Part shown: in pieces, positions 52,560-64,000 of the stretch
Layout of the letters: every line of letters starts with the position of its first letter
Numbering within the stretch: the first letter of the stretch is position 1
Source of the DNA: Blasia pusilla
Lineage: Eukaryota
Assembly: GCA_050084515.1 (NCBI GenBank)
Contig: CM114271.1
Coordinates: 22,630,001-22,694,000, forward strand
Direction: 5' to 3'
Length of the DNA: 64,000 nt
Translations under genes and position numbers: made by a program
The notes under the pieces: model-generated
The model's database searches: none
What the model was told of the DNA's origin: nothing
What the model saw: the letters and a program-made list of their open reading frames with translations, nothing else

Positions 52560-53920
52560 GAGGTAGAAGCTTGAGTCACACTAGATGCTCGCAGATCCGT
52601 GCATCATCGTTATGGCAACAATCCTTTGCTCCAACTGATCGATGCATGAGAGAAGTTCCGGCTCTGGTGCTCCTGCTCCATCTCCTCTGGCTAGTGGTGG
52701 TCCTCTACCACCACATATAGGAAGAACTCCCCGAAGTCCTCCATGACGACCGCCCCCACACCCTCGGCCTACCTTTGGACGTACCTCTTGACGAAGGTCA
52801 AAACACCTATCCCTAGTGTGACCATATATGTGGCAATAGTCACACTGGTGTTGTGGTTGTGCCATCCTCTGTGGCTCCTGAGCAATCGGAGGTACTTGTG
52901 GTCCTCTCCCATGCTGTGGGCAGTCTCTCTGACTATAGGCCCCTCCACACGTCCAACAAGACCACATCGGTCCCTGCTAGGCAACATATGTAGATACGGG
53001 TCATTGCCTCATAGGCTCACGGTACCCGCCCTGCGCTCTGGGCACACCGGCCTGCTCTTGTGGTACTGGTGCTCGCTATGGCACCTGTGGGGTCACTGTC
53101 GCTCGTGGACCCGTCGGCTCTCGAGGAAACCTAGCGGTCACTATCTACTCCTCACTCATGTTGAGCTCAATACGCTCAGACAACTCGAAGACCACCTTCA
53201 ATGTGGGCTTTGTTGTGTGAATCAACATCGCATCTCGGACTCTCCTCCGTAGTTTGCGGTCTAGAACCCCGTACCAATACTAGACTGACTGCGCCTCAGT
53301 CACTCCATACGTAGCAATGATCAGCCTCCTCATGCGTGAATACCTCTCTCAGACTCACCCGATCGTTCTTTGAAAACTCAGAGACTCTTGACTTGTCATT
53401 GCGCGCACGCCTGGTTGCTCTTCCCCAACTGTCAGAAGAACTCCACTGTGGGGCTGAAGCTAGGTGGCCCTCTACCACCAAAGGTCTCTGCCACATCGCC
53501 TGTCTCACTACCCTCCTCTCCATCTAGTCTCCAGGTTGATGGTGTGGGTCTCTCTCCTCTCACAATCCCATCATATGCCTCGCGACCACTAGTGGGCACA
53601 TACCCTCGAGCCCAATACATCATCCAAGCATTGATCTCTACTGAATATAGTGATCAAAACTCCATGTAATCATCCATCGGAGGACCCTACAAATGCTGGA
53701 ACAACCCCTTCCATGCCATGAAAGGGTTGAACCGTGTCGGGGTCCGTATCTCCTTGAAGTTGCACCACGTGTCAAACTCTTGGATAAAATCATCTAAGTC
53801 GATGGTGCCCAATGAACCAAAGAAACGACGCATGCATCGATGGCCCATGTCGTCCATCTCCTGCCAAGTGATGCTGCCTCCGTCTGGGATCTCCTCACCT
53901 ATTTTTAGGGGAAGAGCCAA
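52560..53920 (-). pseudogene. Gag of copy B with two zinc knuckles
   Basis: LDDFIQEFDTWC, CWTCGGAYSQRDC and CDYCHIYGHTRDRC (CX2CX4HX4C). RGG-rich tail. Confidence 0.82.
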
Positions 53921-54130
53921 AAGGCTCTTCCCCTAAAAATAGCCCTGACTTGTTCACCAGGTCACCCGGCTGTGAAAGACCTCAACATGAAAGTTATCAA
54001 AAACAACATTCCCGACACAATGGACCTATCATCAACCTCATCCAACACAATGGGACAAAGTTACACTCAAGATAGTCTGCTGGCTCCTACGTCCTATCCA
54101 CGATAGATCTCGACCTATCGGCTACCCAGA

Positions 54131-54684
54131 TGTGACACACGTCTCATAGGATAGATCGGTGAGATCTAGTAGAGCACCTTTGTGAGTAGCAAAGGACATG
54201 CTCAATAGGTCGAGGATGACCTGCTGAGGCCCCGAGAAACTTGAGAGAGCAGGTTTCCCCTTCGTTTTGGCTCATTTGCAGCCATATTGAGGAACTTACT
54301 ATTTGAGATAAGTACCATTTTGAGTATGTGATCAACTTTCTATTTTTGTCAAGTGACCTTTGACCTCCTACATTAGGTCAAGAGCCAAGGAGGTAAATTG
54401 GGAGCATAGATTACCATGGAGAGAGCTTGGGAGAGGGGAGGGATATACCTCAAGGAGAGAGAGCTTGAGAGCTCATTCTCTCTTTGTTGAACCTCTTGGC
54501 ATGAGGTGGCGGAGCTGTGGTCTTTCTTGCTTTGTGTGTGTAACCCAAGCCCCTCATTAGGAGAGTGGGTTTGGTTTGACATTGAGAGAGACATGTTAGA
54601 GTGCACACATGTGAGAACTATGATGTTGCGAGAGAGATTGGATCTTACTTCACAAAGAGAGAATGAGAGAGTGAGAGAGCTTCA
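54131..54684 (+). repeat. LTR-like repeat followed by PBS-like TGGGGGAGCTCGC; candidate 5' LTR of copy C
   Basis: TGTGAC...TTCA termini with TGG immediately after. Homologous to 11941-12505, which lies just 3' of copy A. Confidence 0.6.
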
Positions 54685-56317
54685 TGGGGGAGCTCGCTAA
54701 TCACTTGTTGTTTTTGCAGGTTGGGAATGGTGTTCCCCATTCTGCGGCTCATGGGTGTGCTCACCGGAGCAAGGGCTGCTTTGATTTTTTTTTGCATTTG
54801 CCAATTTTTCGTGTGGAAGAGTGGCACGCGGAAGCGCTGCCCAATTTCTGATAGGGATTGATTATGGGGGCGGGTTTCACCATACTGGTGCTCTTGGGAG
54901 CACCATGTAGCTTGCTGATTTGTATTTTTATAGGTTTTACAATTTCGTTGGGAGAAAATTTCGTTGTCAAATTTTGTGTAGGAGAAAGAGACATTGGGCT
55001 TTACAACAGTCCCTGTCAATTTTTATTGGAATGTCCAATTCTAAATATTTTTTGATGTTGTCCTAGATCATGAAGCTGTGCAATAAATAGTGCGCAATTT
55101 GGAGTTGTGAGCAAAAATTTATGGTGAGTCTTGCAAAATTGCCATTGCTAGGCAATTTTTAGGGTTAAATTGTTTCAACCCTAAACCAGCCGCCACGCCG
55201 ACAGCGACCGTTCACGATCATCCGTCACCATCAACGCTTAACCATCACCGTCAATGGTCAACCATCACCATCACCGGTCAACCATCACAATCAACGGTCA
55301 ATCGTCATCGTCAACGGTCCACCGTCTGTTGTCCATCCTTTGGCTGCTATTCCCGCTGTTATGGAGTGGAGAGTCTTCCACGACGTTTGTTGATTCTTTG
55401 ACTTGCGTCGCCACCACGTACTTTGTTTTGGCTGCCACCGTCATCACAGTTTTGTCATCAACTTGTGATGGTAGATGACCTCTGGTTATGGTGTTTTAGT
55501 TTTGATTTCATGCTACTATGTTGTGATTGGTAGCCGCTCGACGATGATCGGGTACCGTGCCGTGACGCGCATAGTTGCACCGCACCGTCTCGATCGTGGA
55601 ACCGCTCCTTCACTAAGGAGCACAGCGTGTGAATTGCTGATTGAGGAGGGTACGCCGCCGAGTGCCGCATCCCATTCCCGAGTGTCGTGTTGTTTGTAGT
55701 TGTTCCGTGCCACCAGTACCGCACCGGACCGCTCGACCTGCACCGCACATCGAGGAGGTTGAGCAGCGTCAATACAAGAGGAGTACGACTTGCTGATTGG
55801 AGGAGTTGTCTTCACGGCCGAGTTGGGGTCGAGATTTGCAGTTGCCGAGGAGCGACATCGACATTATTGTCAGGTTACCCATTCTGGTCTCTTACCTTGC
55901 ACGTGTGAGGGATTTCCGAATATTCGGAAGTTATTTGGGATATTGGGTTTCGTGTTGATGCAAGGAGCATCGATGATGTATGGATTTAGGGGACATAGAC
56001 CTGTGTGGGATGTCGAAAGTTGAGGATGGTTTGTCGATGAGATGATAGATCAGTGATTTTCCGCACCACGCTGCTTGTTGCCGCACAACACACGTCTTAG
56101 TGAGAGAGCGTAGATTGAGTGCCGCATATTTAGTTTGAGTGATTGAGGGATCACTCATGAGATTGAGAGTGATCGTGTGAGAGGGGTATGAGGGCCATCA
56201 CGGCATCCTTTCGGGATTTTGAGAGGCGAGGTAGTGGACCTTAGAGTAGCAAGGTTTCAAGGGTCTTCACGTGAGAGACCACCTTGATCTCCTTCTGTGT
56301 CATCTTCAGACGAGGGA

Positions 56318-56398
56318 GAGCATATAGAGGAGTGTGTTAGTGATCCACTGTACACTCAATGTGTACGGTGGATCACTAACACACTCCTCTATATGCTC
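56318..56398. repeat. Near-perfect inverted repeat (38-bp arms, 5-nt loop)
   Basis: GAGCATATAGAGGAGTGTGTTAGTGATCCACTGTACAC-TCAAT-GTGTACGGTGGATCACTAACACACTCCTCTATATGCTC, one mismatch. Confidence 0.95.
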
Positions 56399-58879
56399 CT
56401 ACTAGTTGGGCGTACGAGATGGACCATCAAGGTAGAGGACCGCATAGGTTTTCGGGTGCTGTAGGCACTATAGCTACACGACTTCATTGCGGAGTTTAGG
56501 AGTTGGTGTGACTCACAACGTGCTAGGAACTCTAGAGAGTTCAACCCATTTACATCATGAAACGGTATGTTCCAGCATTTAGAGGGGGCGCCCATGGACG
56601 ATAACCATGAGTTCTCCAATAGATATGCCCAAGAGATAGAGGCATGGCGACTCTACTATGACCCACATTATGTGTCATGGACGGAGCCATTCCGAGATGA
56701 GGAGGAGGAGTCACGAGAGGCTACTTCCTCTTCCTCTAGTGATGTTTTAGGAGGGGTCACTTGCACCGGAGCAGTTGCACCATCTAGTCGGGTTCGTCCC
56801 AGGTTCAACCGTGTGGTTGAATTCTTTGCTGAGTTGAGGGCGAGCTACTAGGGGGTACGGATGGAGAAGTTGGGGAGCATCCATGACTTCCAGAGGCGCC
56901 CAGGTGAGAATTTGCGTGAGGCTTATACTCACTTGCGCCGATTGATCAACGTCACTCAAGGGGTGACAGAGGCTCAGGCTATCTAGTCATGGTACGCGAT
57001 GTTGGACCGGACCCTGCGGACACGGGTGCGGGAGGGGTGCTTCTTATGAACATCTCGCCTACGTTGAGAGAAGTTTTTAGGACTGCCAAGAACATTGAGC
57101 GTAGCATGGTAGAGGAGAGCGTAGCCACTATGGGTTATGGGCGAGAGCAGTCACGATTGTCTGCACCACCTCTGCAGCAACGTGGACCCCGAGATAGGTC
57201 GATTGTGGCACCACGAGCTCAAGGAGGATATCGGGAGGCCGTGCCACAGAGACCTGCGCCTTCATATGCGGCTCGGTAGCAGCCGTTGACTATTACTTGT
57301 TGGTCATGTGGTGGAGCCCATCATGACTGCGATCGCACTCGTCAGGGTCACGGACGTGTGCCTCAGCACACGTTCGTGACCCTGCACCATGAGGTTATTA
57401 GTGTGACTATTGTCAGAGGTATGGTCATACACGCGCCATGTGTTTCATTTTACATCTTGAGTAACGTGCGGACCGAGGGCCAAAGAGGGCACTAGAGCGA
57501 GTAGCCGGTTCGGGTGGGCCTAGAGATCGTGCACTAGGTGGTCCCGTTGGGGGACAAGGAGTTGGAGTTGCCCGATAGGATGGTGGAGATGCCCGTGGAG
57601 GAGGTAGAGTACCACCACCTAGACACGTTGAGGGAGACGCCGGACATGAGGCTGGGATGGCTGCTCAGATACAACTATGGCATTGAGGTTACTCAATGCC
57701 AGATCCTTGGCATTGACATCATATGGAGCAGCTAGAGATATGGAGGATCTTAGTTGGATGTGTGGGGTTGCCCAGATGGAGGCCGCCGCAATTGTGACGC
57801 ATGGAGCAGCCACATAGTTGGATCCACAGTGAGGGGAAGCCAGAAATCAGACTAGGCTTCCTCAGTCTTTCACGTTGTCCGAAGCATTAAGGACCCCATC
57901 GATGGATCATCATCAAAGTTCCTGGAGAGTTGGTGATGTTGTTGGTGAGCAGGCAAGGAGGGCGATGGGAGAAGCAAGTGCGATGACTCCTATTGTTGAT
58001 GCTCATGAGGGGCATGTGTTGAGCACGTTGTTGGGGGCGGCCACCATTGTCATGGCAGGAAGCGGATGCTATGATGGAGGAGATGCCTGCTAGACTCACG
58101 ATAGAGCGTGCCATGGCTTCTCTTGGTGTTGTGTTGCTGGATAACCAAGGAGAGGTCTTCCAGTTGGTGAGTCCCGGAGGTAGAGCTTTTAGTCCGCAGC
58201 GCGTCTTGTTGGATTCAAGAGCGGAACCCCTAATGTTGGGGAAAGAGTCATTCACAGGATTAGGCTTGACGAGAGCCAATATGGAGCGTTGTCCATTTTG
58301 GATATAGACATCCTTGGATGGAGCGAGTACCACATAGTATATCACCTGATAGGAGGTCGTGGTGATGAGTCCGTGGTACGAGCCAAGGCGATAGTGACTT
58401 ATGCAAAGTCCTACGACGTCTTGGTTGGTGGAGGAGTGTTATACACGATGGGGTTTTCCTTAGATAACTGGGAGAAGTCAGCGTCCTACAGACCAGGATG
58501 TCAGTCAAGTAATGGGCGCCTTAGCTCATTACCCGTTCGATTCACAGGTGCAATGATCAAGCGACGGCCAGGAGAGGTGGCAACCTCAATTAGCAGCATT
58601 TAGCAGTGCCATCACTTGGCCTAGTGATTTGATTGAGGGATATGTCCATGCAGAGGATATTCCCGTTCCTAACATTTCTATGGAGAGGAGTGTTATGGTA
58701 GCCGCATCATTCCGTGGAGGAGAGTTGCGGTTGTGGGGCTCGACTGAGGAGCTTTGACGATTGGCAGAGAAGCACGTGTAGACCGCGTGGAGTGAGGCGT
58801 TTGCACCGAAGCGTGATGGGTTTGAGGAACCCGAGGTAGCAGGGAATGCTACGATCACATCCTTGGATACCACAACCCA

Positions 58880-59830
58880 TTGTGTGGCGTATTCCGGAGG
58901 AGGGTATTCACATGTTAGATCTTTGGAGGGATTAGCACCGGGTCAGCTGTTGTTTTGCAAGTAGGAGTGCGAGTGCAGCAGTACCTGTATGTGGAGAGTG
59001 ATGATGTTGCAAGGCGCATCTCACTACGACATGTGGCGCAATTACGCCTATGTTTTCCCAACTTGTTGTCTGCGTCCACGGTACAGGGATACCAAAGTTC
59101 CCTACAGAGGGATATTTCATTGCAGGGGGCGTAGGACTTGGAGCGGGTAGGGACCGTTGATTTGGTCATTGTAGGTTGGCCATGTTAGGGTCAATTGAGT
59201 ATTGGACGAGGCATTGGGTTGGCTGACACTCGATCCAGGTTATTTTGGGAGATGCTGAGGGTCTTGAGATATTTGCAGGAGCATCAATCCCGTTCTCCGG
59301 CTTACATTCTAGAGAATGTACCGAACTTGGGCGATTCGAGGTCACAAGTTGTGACGAGTGCACATCAGGTGCGTGCTTGGATCGGCCCCGCATTAGTTTT
59401 GGATGCGGCGAGTGTGGATTCTCGAGCACATCGCCCGCGTCTATGGTGGACCAACATGGTACCACACGAGGTGTTGCGGAGGTCTTATGCAAGAGTGGAG
59501 CGCCCCTCCCACTTGTTAGTGGATTCCATTTTGGATCCGGGTCGTCGATCATAGGCAATGAGGCACAATGATCGACCGCCGTTGACTGTGGTCAATAGCG
59601 TAGGCCCGCCGCGGGCAGCCTTTCCCACATTTGAGAAGGAGGCCGGTCCTGGCTTGGTTTGGGATGACCAATTTTAGAGGTTGGTAGAGCCCAATGCCGA
59701 CCAGAGAGAGCGAGCGATGGGATTTCCCACATGAGTGACGGTAGTACTGTCAGTGTCAGAGGCATCACGACGCCATGTCTTGGGTCAGGCGATGGACGTG
59801 AACTGCTTGACATGGATCTTCAACTTGGGA
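58880..59830 (+). pseudogene. C5 cytosine DNA methyltransferase domain (Dnmt3-like) of copy C
   Basis: Frameshifted LDL-GG near 58915. VGWPC*G at 59171-59191. YILENVP, RAHRPRLWWTN, DQRERAMGFP and RHVLGQAMDVNCLTW. Confidence 0.92.
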
Positions 59831-60169
59831 GTGGTTTAGTAGTGTCAAATGAGATCGCATCAGATCATAGCAGTTGCATTGGTGAGCCCTATGCCTATTG
59901 AGACAATGGAGGCAATGGCTGGGGGCGAGACCCAAGGAGATCGATACACCAAGGGAGATCGGGAGAGATACCCTTGGACTTCTTGGGATGTTTTGCAGGT
60001 ACGCTAGGAGATGATAGCCACAACATGGAGCGTGGTTCCAGGCATTGCATGTGGAGAAGATCAGAGTTTCCAGTTGGTTGAACAAGAGCGACCAAGTCTT
60101 GGTGTCCAAGACGGGGTTGAACCATAGCAACCATGGATACCCGCGCCGGAGAGTCCTTTCCGTAGTCAC

Positions 60170-61784
60170 GATGGAGACTTGGGAGCCAGATATGGGCCCT
60201 AAGTTGACAGGAGAAGAGCGGCACCGGATACATCAGTTCCTTAGGAGTTATAGGAGTTGCTTTGCGTTTAGCATGGAGGATTTGGGTACTTTGAAGGGAC
60301 CAGGGATCCGCATTGAGTTTTCAACTGATACGCCGATCTTTCGACAACCCTACATGTACAATGATATGGAGAGGGCCCTCATTCAGAGTAGGAGCCAAGA
60401 CTTGGTTGGAACATGACTAGTGGAGATGTCGCATGGTGAATATGCATCTGCCACTGTCATGCCTGCCAAGAAGGATGTGCATGGGAACTGGACGGATGGG
60501 CGGATGTGTGGGGATTACCGGCCTATCAATCGGCAGACAAAGTCCAATATGTATGCCATGCCCACTCCTGAGGGGATCTTTGATGCGATTGGTCACGCAA
60601 AGATCTTTGGTTCATTGGATTTTCCATCCGGATACCATCGGCTACCTATCAGATTGGAGGATAGACAAAAGACGGCATTTTGGGGCATCGATCCTCACGG
60701 GAAGGATTGTTTGTACCAGTGGCGGTTCTTACCATTCGGGTTAAAAAATGCGTTGGCTCAGTTTCAAAGGGTCATGGATAGGATCTTGGCAGGTCTGGAT
60801 TTTTCAAGGTGTTATATTGATGACATCGTAGTCTTTAGTGCCACGGTTGAAGAGCATGAGCGACATCTAGAGGAGGTGTTTTGACGATTGTAGTTACATG
60901 GGTTGAAGCTACATCGAGGCAATTGTAAGTTCTTCTACGACCAGATTGAGTACTTGGGTCATACGATATACCTAGGTGGCCTTGGTGTTCAGCAGATGAA
61001 GGTAGAGGCTATTTCACGCATTCCACGCCCTACAGATGTGAGCCGCGTTCGTGCATTCATGGGATTGGAAAAATTCTATGAGTAGTACGTCAAAGGATTC
61101 AATTTGATTGCAAAGCCATTGACCTTGCTGACCAAGGTGGATCATGAGTGACACTAGGGAGATGAGCAGGAGCGAGCATTTCAGCTGCTCAAGGACCAAT
61201 TGACGTCCGCGCCCATCTTGAGGAGACCGATCAGAGGGCGTCCCTTCTAGTTGCACACAGATTGGAGCATGTTGGGGCTTGGAGCAGTGCTCACCCAACA
61301 TGATGATGAGGGTAGAGAGTTCGTCATGGATTATGCTAGCCGTTTGAACAACGTTGGAGAGACGAAGTACAGCTCGTATGAGGGTGAGTGCTTGGCTGCG
61401 GTGTGGGCTGTCGCACATTTCAGGTGTTACTTATTCGGCAATCCCTTTACCATCATCACTCATCATCAACCACTAAACTGGTTGATGGAGTCCGAGAAGC
61501 TTATAAGGAAGCTTGCAAGATGGGCTCTGTTGCTGCAAGAGTACAATTTTCAGGTGGTACATAGACCTGGGACGCTCAACCAAGATGCAGATGGGTTGAG
61601 TGGTAATTCATGTCCGAGTAAGCGAGATGCGGCTGGAGCTCGATGGCATGGAGAGAGTGATGAGAAGTCAGTGCGAGGATGGCACGCGTCAGCTTATTTG
61701 GGCTTGTTGGCTATGGAGATCAAAAGTGTGGAGACTGTGGTAACGAGGTTTGATGGAGAAGTCCTTGGATCCCGAGGCAAGTGA
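60170..61784 (+). pseudogene. RT and RNase H of copy C
   Basis: ORFs 60045, 60420, 60903 and 61251 share one frame. RMCGDYRPIN, LPFGLKNA, YIDD and HTDWS. Confidence 0.92.
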
Positions 61785-61844
61785 GGAGACGATAGATGGC
61801 CGAGATATTCACGATGATGGAGCAATCTTGGAGTATTTGCGTAC

Positions 61845-64000
61845 TGGCAGAAGATTGAAGATTGAGTAACAGTCAAGCTCATGAGACACCTGAACTACTA
61901 CATTTGGCACTCACACAAAGTAGGGAAGCTTAATCTTGGTTAGTCAGTTAAGCACGATTATCTTAACTAGGGTTAGTTAATCATAATTAGGCTAACTCGA
62001 GACTATGGTTAATGATAGGGTTAGGGTTTCTTGTACATACCCTATATAATTGAAAAGAGGACCAACCTCCACTCATTCTCTCATTGCAAATTTTGTTCTC
62101 CATGGTGGTGTGTGTGTGTGAGAGCCGTTTTCTACCAATTATGCTTGTTTAGATGTTTTCCACATGGTATCAGAGCGGGAGGAGAACATCACTTGAAATA
62201 CTTTGTGTTTGAAGAGAGAAGAGAGGCAAGAGAAGGCAAAATTTCATTTTGGGAGAAGGAAATTTTACTCTGAGTTCAGTGGGTGCAAATTTCAAGTGGA
62301 GCTTTGATGGTGATAAAACTTTGGTGGCGTTTTTAAGGGCTTTTCGGTCGATTCAGCCGTCAGCGTCCACGTCGGCTACTACGATGCCCAAGTTTGGTTC
62401 TAGCCGTCTTGTAGAGCTCATTGAGAGCTTTGCGATGCATCCAAAATGCTCGATTCTGGCACTCTAAGCTCCTGCAGCAGCAATTTCAGTGTAGGAAAGT
62501 ACAATTAGTGAAGAAAAGTTGTGAAGTTTGCTCTCTACAAGCCAATTTCGACTAGTTCTTTCATACATTTGATCAATTTTGGCAAATTTCACGTCGATTT
62601 TTGTGTAGGAGTGGTCTATGCTTCAATTGGAGCAGTAGAAAGCCTGAAATTACATTTTTTGTGAGTGAAATCGTTTATCATGGAATATTCCTCAATAGCA
62701 ATCACATGCGCGAAGCTAGACAAGCAGAATTACAATGTCTGGAAGTTTCGCATGAAACAATTTTTCATGGATCAAGAACTATGGGAGCTTGTTACAGGTG
62801 ATGAGGCCAAGCCACAAGGTGACTCAACAGACTTCAATGTTCGCGCTTGGAACAAACGCACAAGGCAAGTAATCCACTATATTTCAATAACGATCAGTTC
62901 ATCAATGATAGTTCACATCCAAGATATTGATATTCCGAAGGAGACGTGGGATGTTTTGGAAAAGCTATTCCAAATATCTACAAAGGCCATAAAGCTTCAA
63001 TTGAAACAGCAATTGAATGAAGTGAGGAAAGGATCGTAGAGCATCAATGATTATATTTTGAGTATCAAACATATTATTCATCAGTTGAATAACATTGGAG
63101 TGACAGCAGAAGATGATGATCTGATCTTATTCACTCTTCAAGGCCTTCCAAAGGATTACAAGTCCTTTGAGACCTCTATCTCTGTGAGAGAGAAGTATCC
63201 AACCTTTCAAGAGTTAGTTCCTCTGTTGATCAATGCAGAGATGCGTCTAGTAGGTAGCGGTAACTCGTCTAGTCTGCAAGAGAATGCGCTATTTGCAGGT
63301 TATGGATCAAACAGAGGCAAGGGTCGTGGCAAAAACTTCCGTGGTCGTGGTGGATATCAAGCATAAGGAGGAAGAGGCACTCAATATAACGTCACTCAAT
63401 CGACTACGAACCAGTACCAGACACAATCACATGGTGATGATGTGGGAAACCGTTGGGATCGAGGTCAGCAGCAGAGGGTTCTTGGATCTTGCAATTATTA
63501 TGGGATAAAGGGTCACTATGCAAAGTTCTGCTTCAAGAAGAAGGTAGATATGAGAATAGGAGCCTTATAGCAACAACACCAAGAGCAGTACCAAGAACAA
63601 CAACATTCACAAACGGAGCATCTCTTGGTCATGACTCATCATATTGGAGCAATGTTCAAGAAAGACTCGACAACAGATTGGTATATTGACTCCGGTGCAT
63701 CAAATCACATGACCTCATAAGCAAAATGATTTAGTAGTTTGGAGCCGGTGAAAGATCTTGCAATTGTGCTCACATGAGATGACACTCAACATCATATCAC
63801 GCATACCGGTAAAGTTCCAATAACATCATATGGTCTTTGTGCTCTTGGAAATGTTCTCTATGTTCCTACCATTGCAAGAAATCTAATATGTATATGAAAG
63901 ATAGAAGAACAGGGTTATCAAGTGAAGTTTAACGCATATAGTTGTTTCATTGAAATAATGGATGACCAGACTACGATAGCCAAAGGAACTAGATATGGCA
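61845..64000 (+). mobile_element. Ty1/Copia retrotransposon 5' part (LTR to 62164, tRNA-iMet PBS, Gag, protease), running off the window
   Basis: LTR end ...CCACA (62164) then PBS TGGTATCAGAGC (62165-62176). Gag KLDKQNYNVWKFRMK...LWELVTG and LQGLPKDY. Knuckle CNYYGIKGHYAKFC. Protease WYIDSGASNHMT near 63678. Stops present. LTR start is uncertain. Confidence 0.92.

Larger units (their letters stand above)
47585..54120 (-). mobile_element. Ty3/Gypsy retrotransposon copy B, best preserved: Gag-PR-C5 MTase-RT-RNase H-INT
   Basis: Domain motifs are listed in the sub-features. ORFs starting 52036, 51214, 50503, 50257, 49903, 49672 and 47992 are all in one frame. Confidence 0.95.
55790..61845 (+). 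mobile_element. Ty3/Gypsy retrotransposon copy C (leader-Gag-PR-C5 MTase-RT-RNase H), cut before integrase by a Copia element
   Basis: Gag FQHLEGAPMDD and CWSCGGAHHDC. Protease VLLDSRAEP. MTase. RT YIDD (ORF 60420-60884). RNase H HTDWS...EGECLA (ORF 61251-61784). Confidence 0.94.

Noticed and set aside
55190-55330. ACCATCA/CCGTCA short-period repeats as a possible array
   Set aside because: Irregular low-complexity sequence with no repeat-spacer structure.

Overview
Repeat-dense eukaryotic DNA, most likely from a non-seed plant or streptophyte (GT-AG introns, plant-type Gypsy, Copia, Helitron, CACTA, Harbinger and hAT elements; host identity is inference). No intact host gene, RNA gene or CRISPR array is recognisable. 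The window is dominated by one Ty3/Gypsy family: three long decayed copies (about 3.2-11.9 kb +, 47.6-54.1 kb -, 55.8-61.8 kb +) and four fragments. Its polyprotein reads Gag(2x CCHC) - aspartic protease - C5 cytosine DNA methyltransferase (Dnmt3-like) - RT - RNase H - integrase - PHD finger. In the minus-strand copy, protease, methyltransferase, RT, RNase H and integrase share one reading frame broken only by nonsense codons. Nested among these copies are a solo LTR, four hAT-type MITEs, a Helitron with Rep-helicase and an intact 3' end, CACTA and Harbinger remnants, two chromovirus 3' ends, two cellular-type PIF1 helicase pseudogenes and the 5' part of a Copia element. Most element boundaries are approximate and were read by eye.
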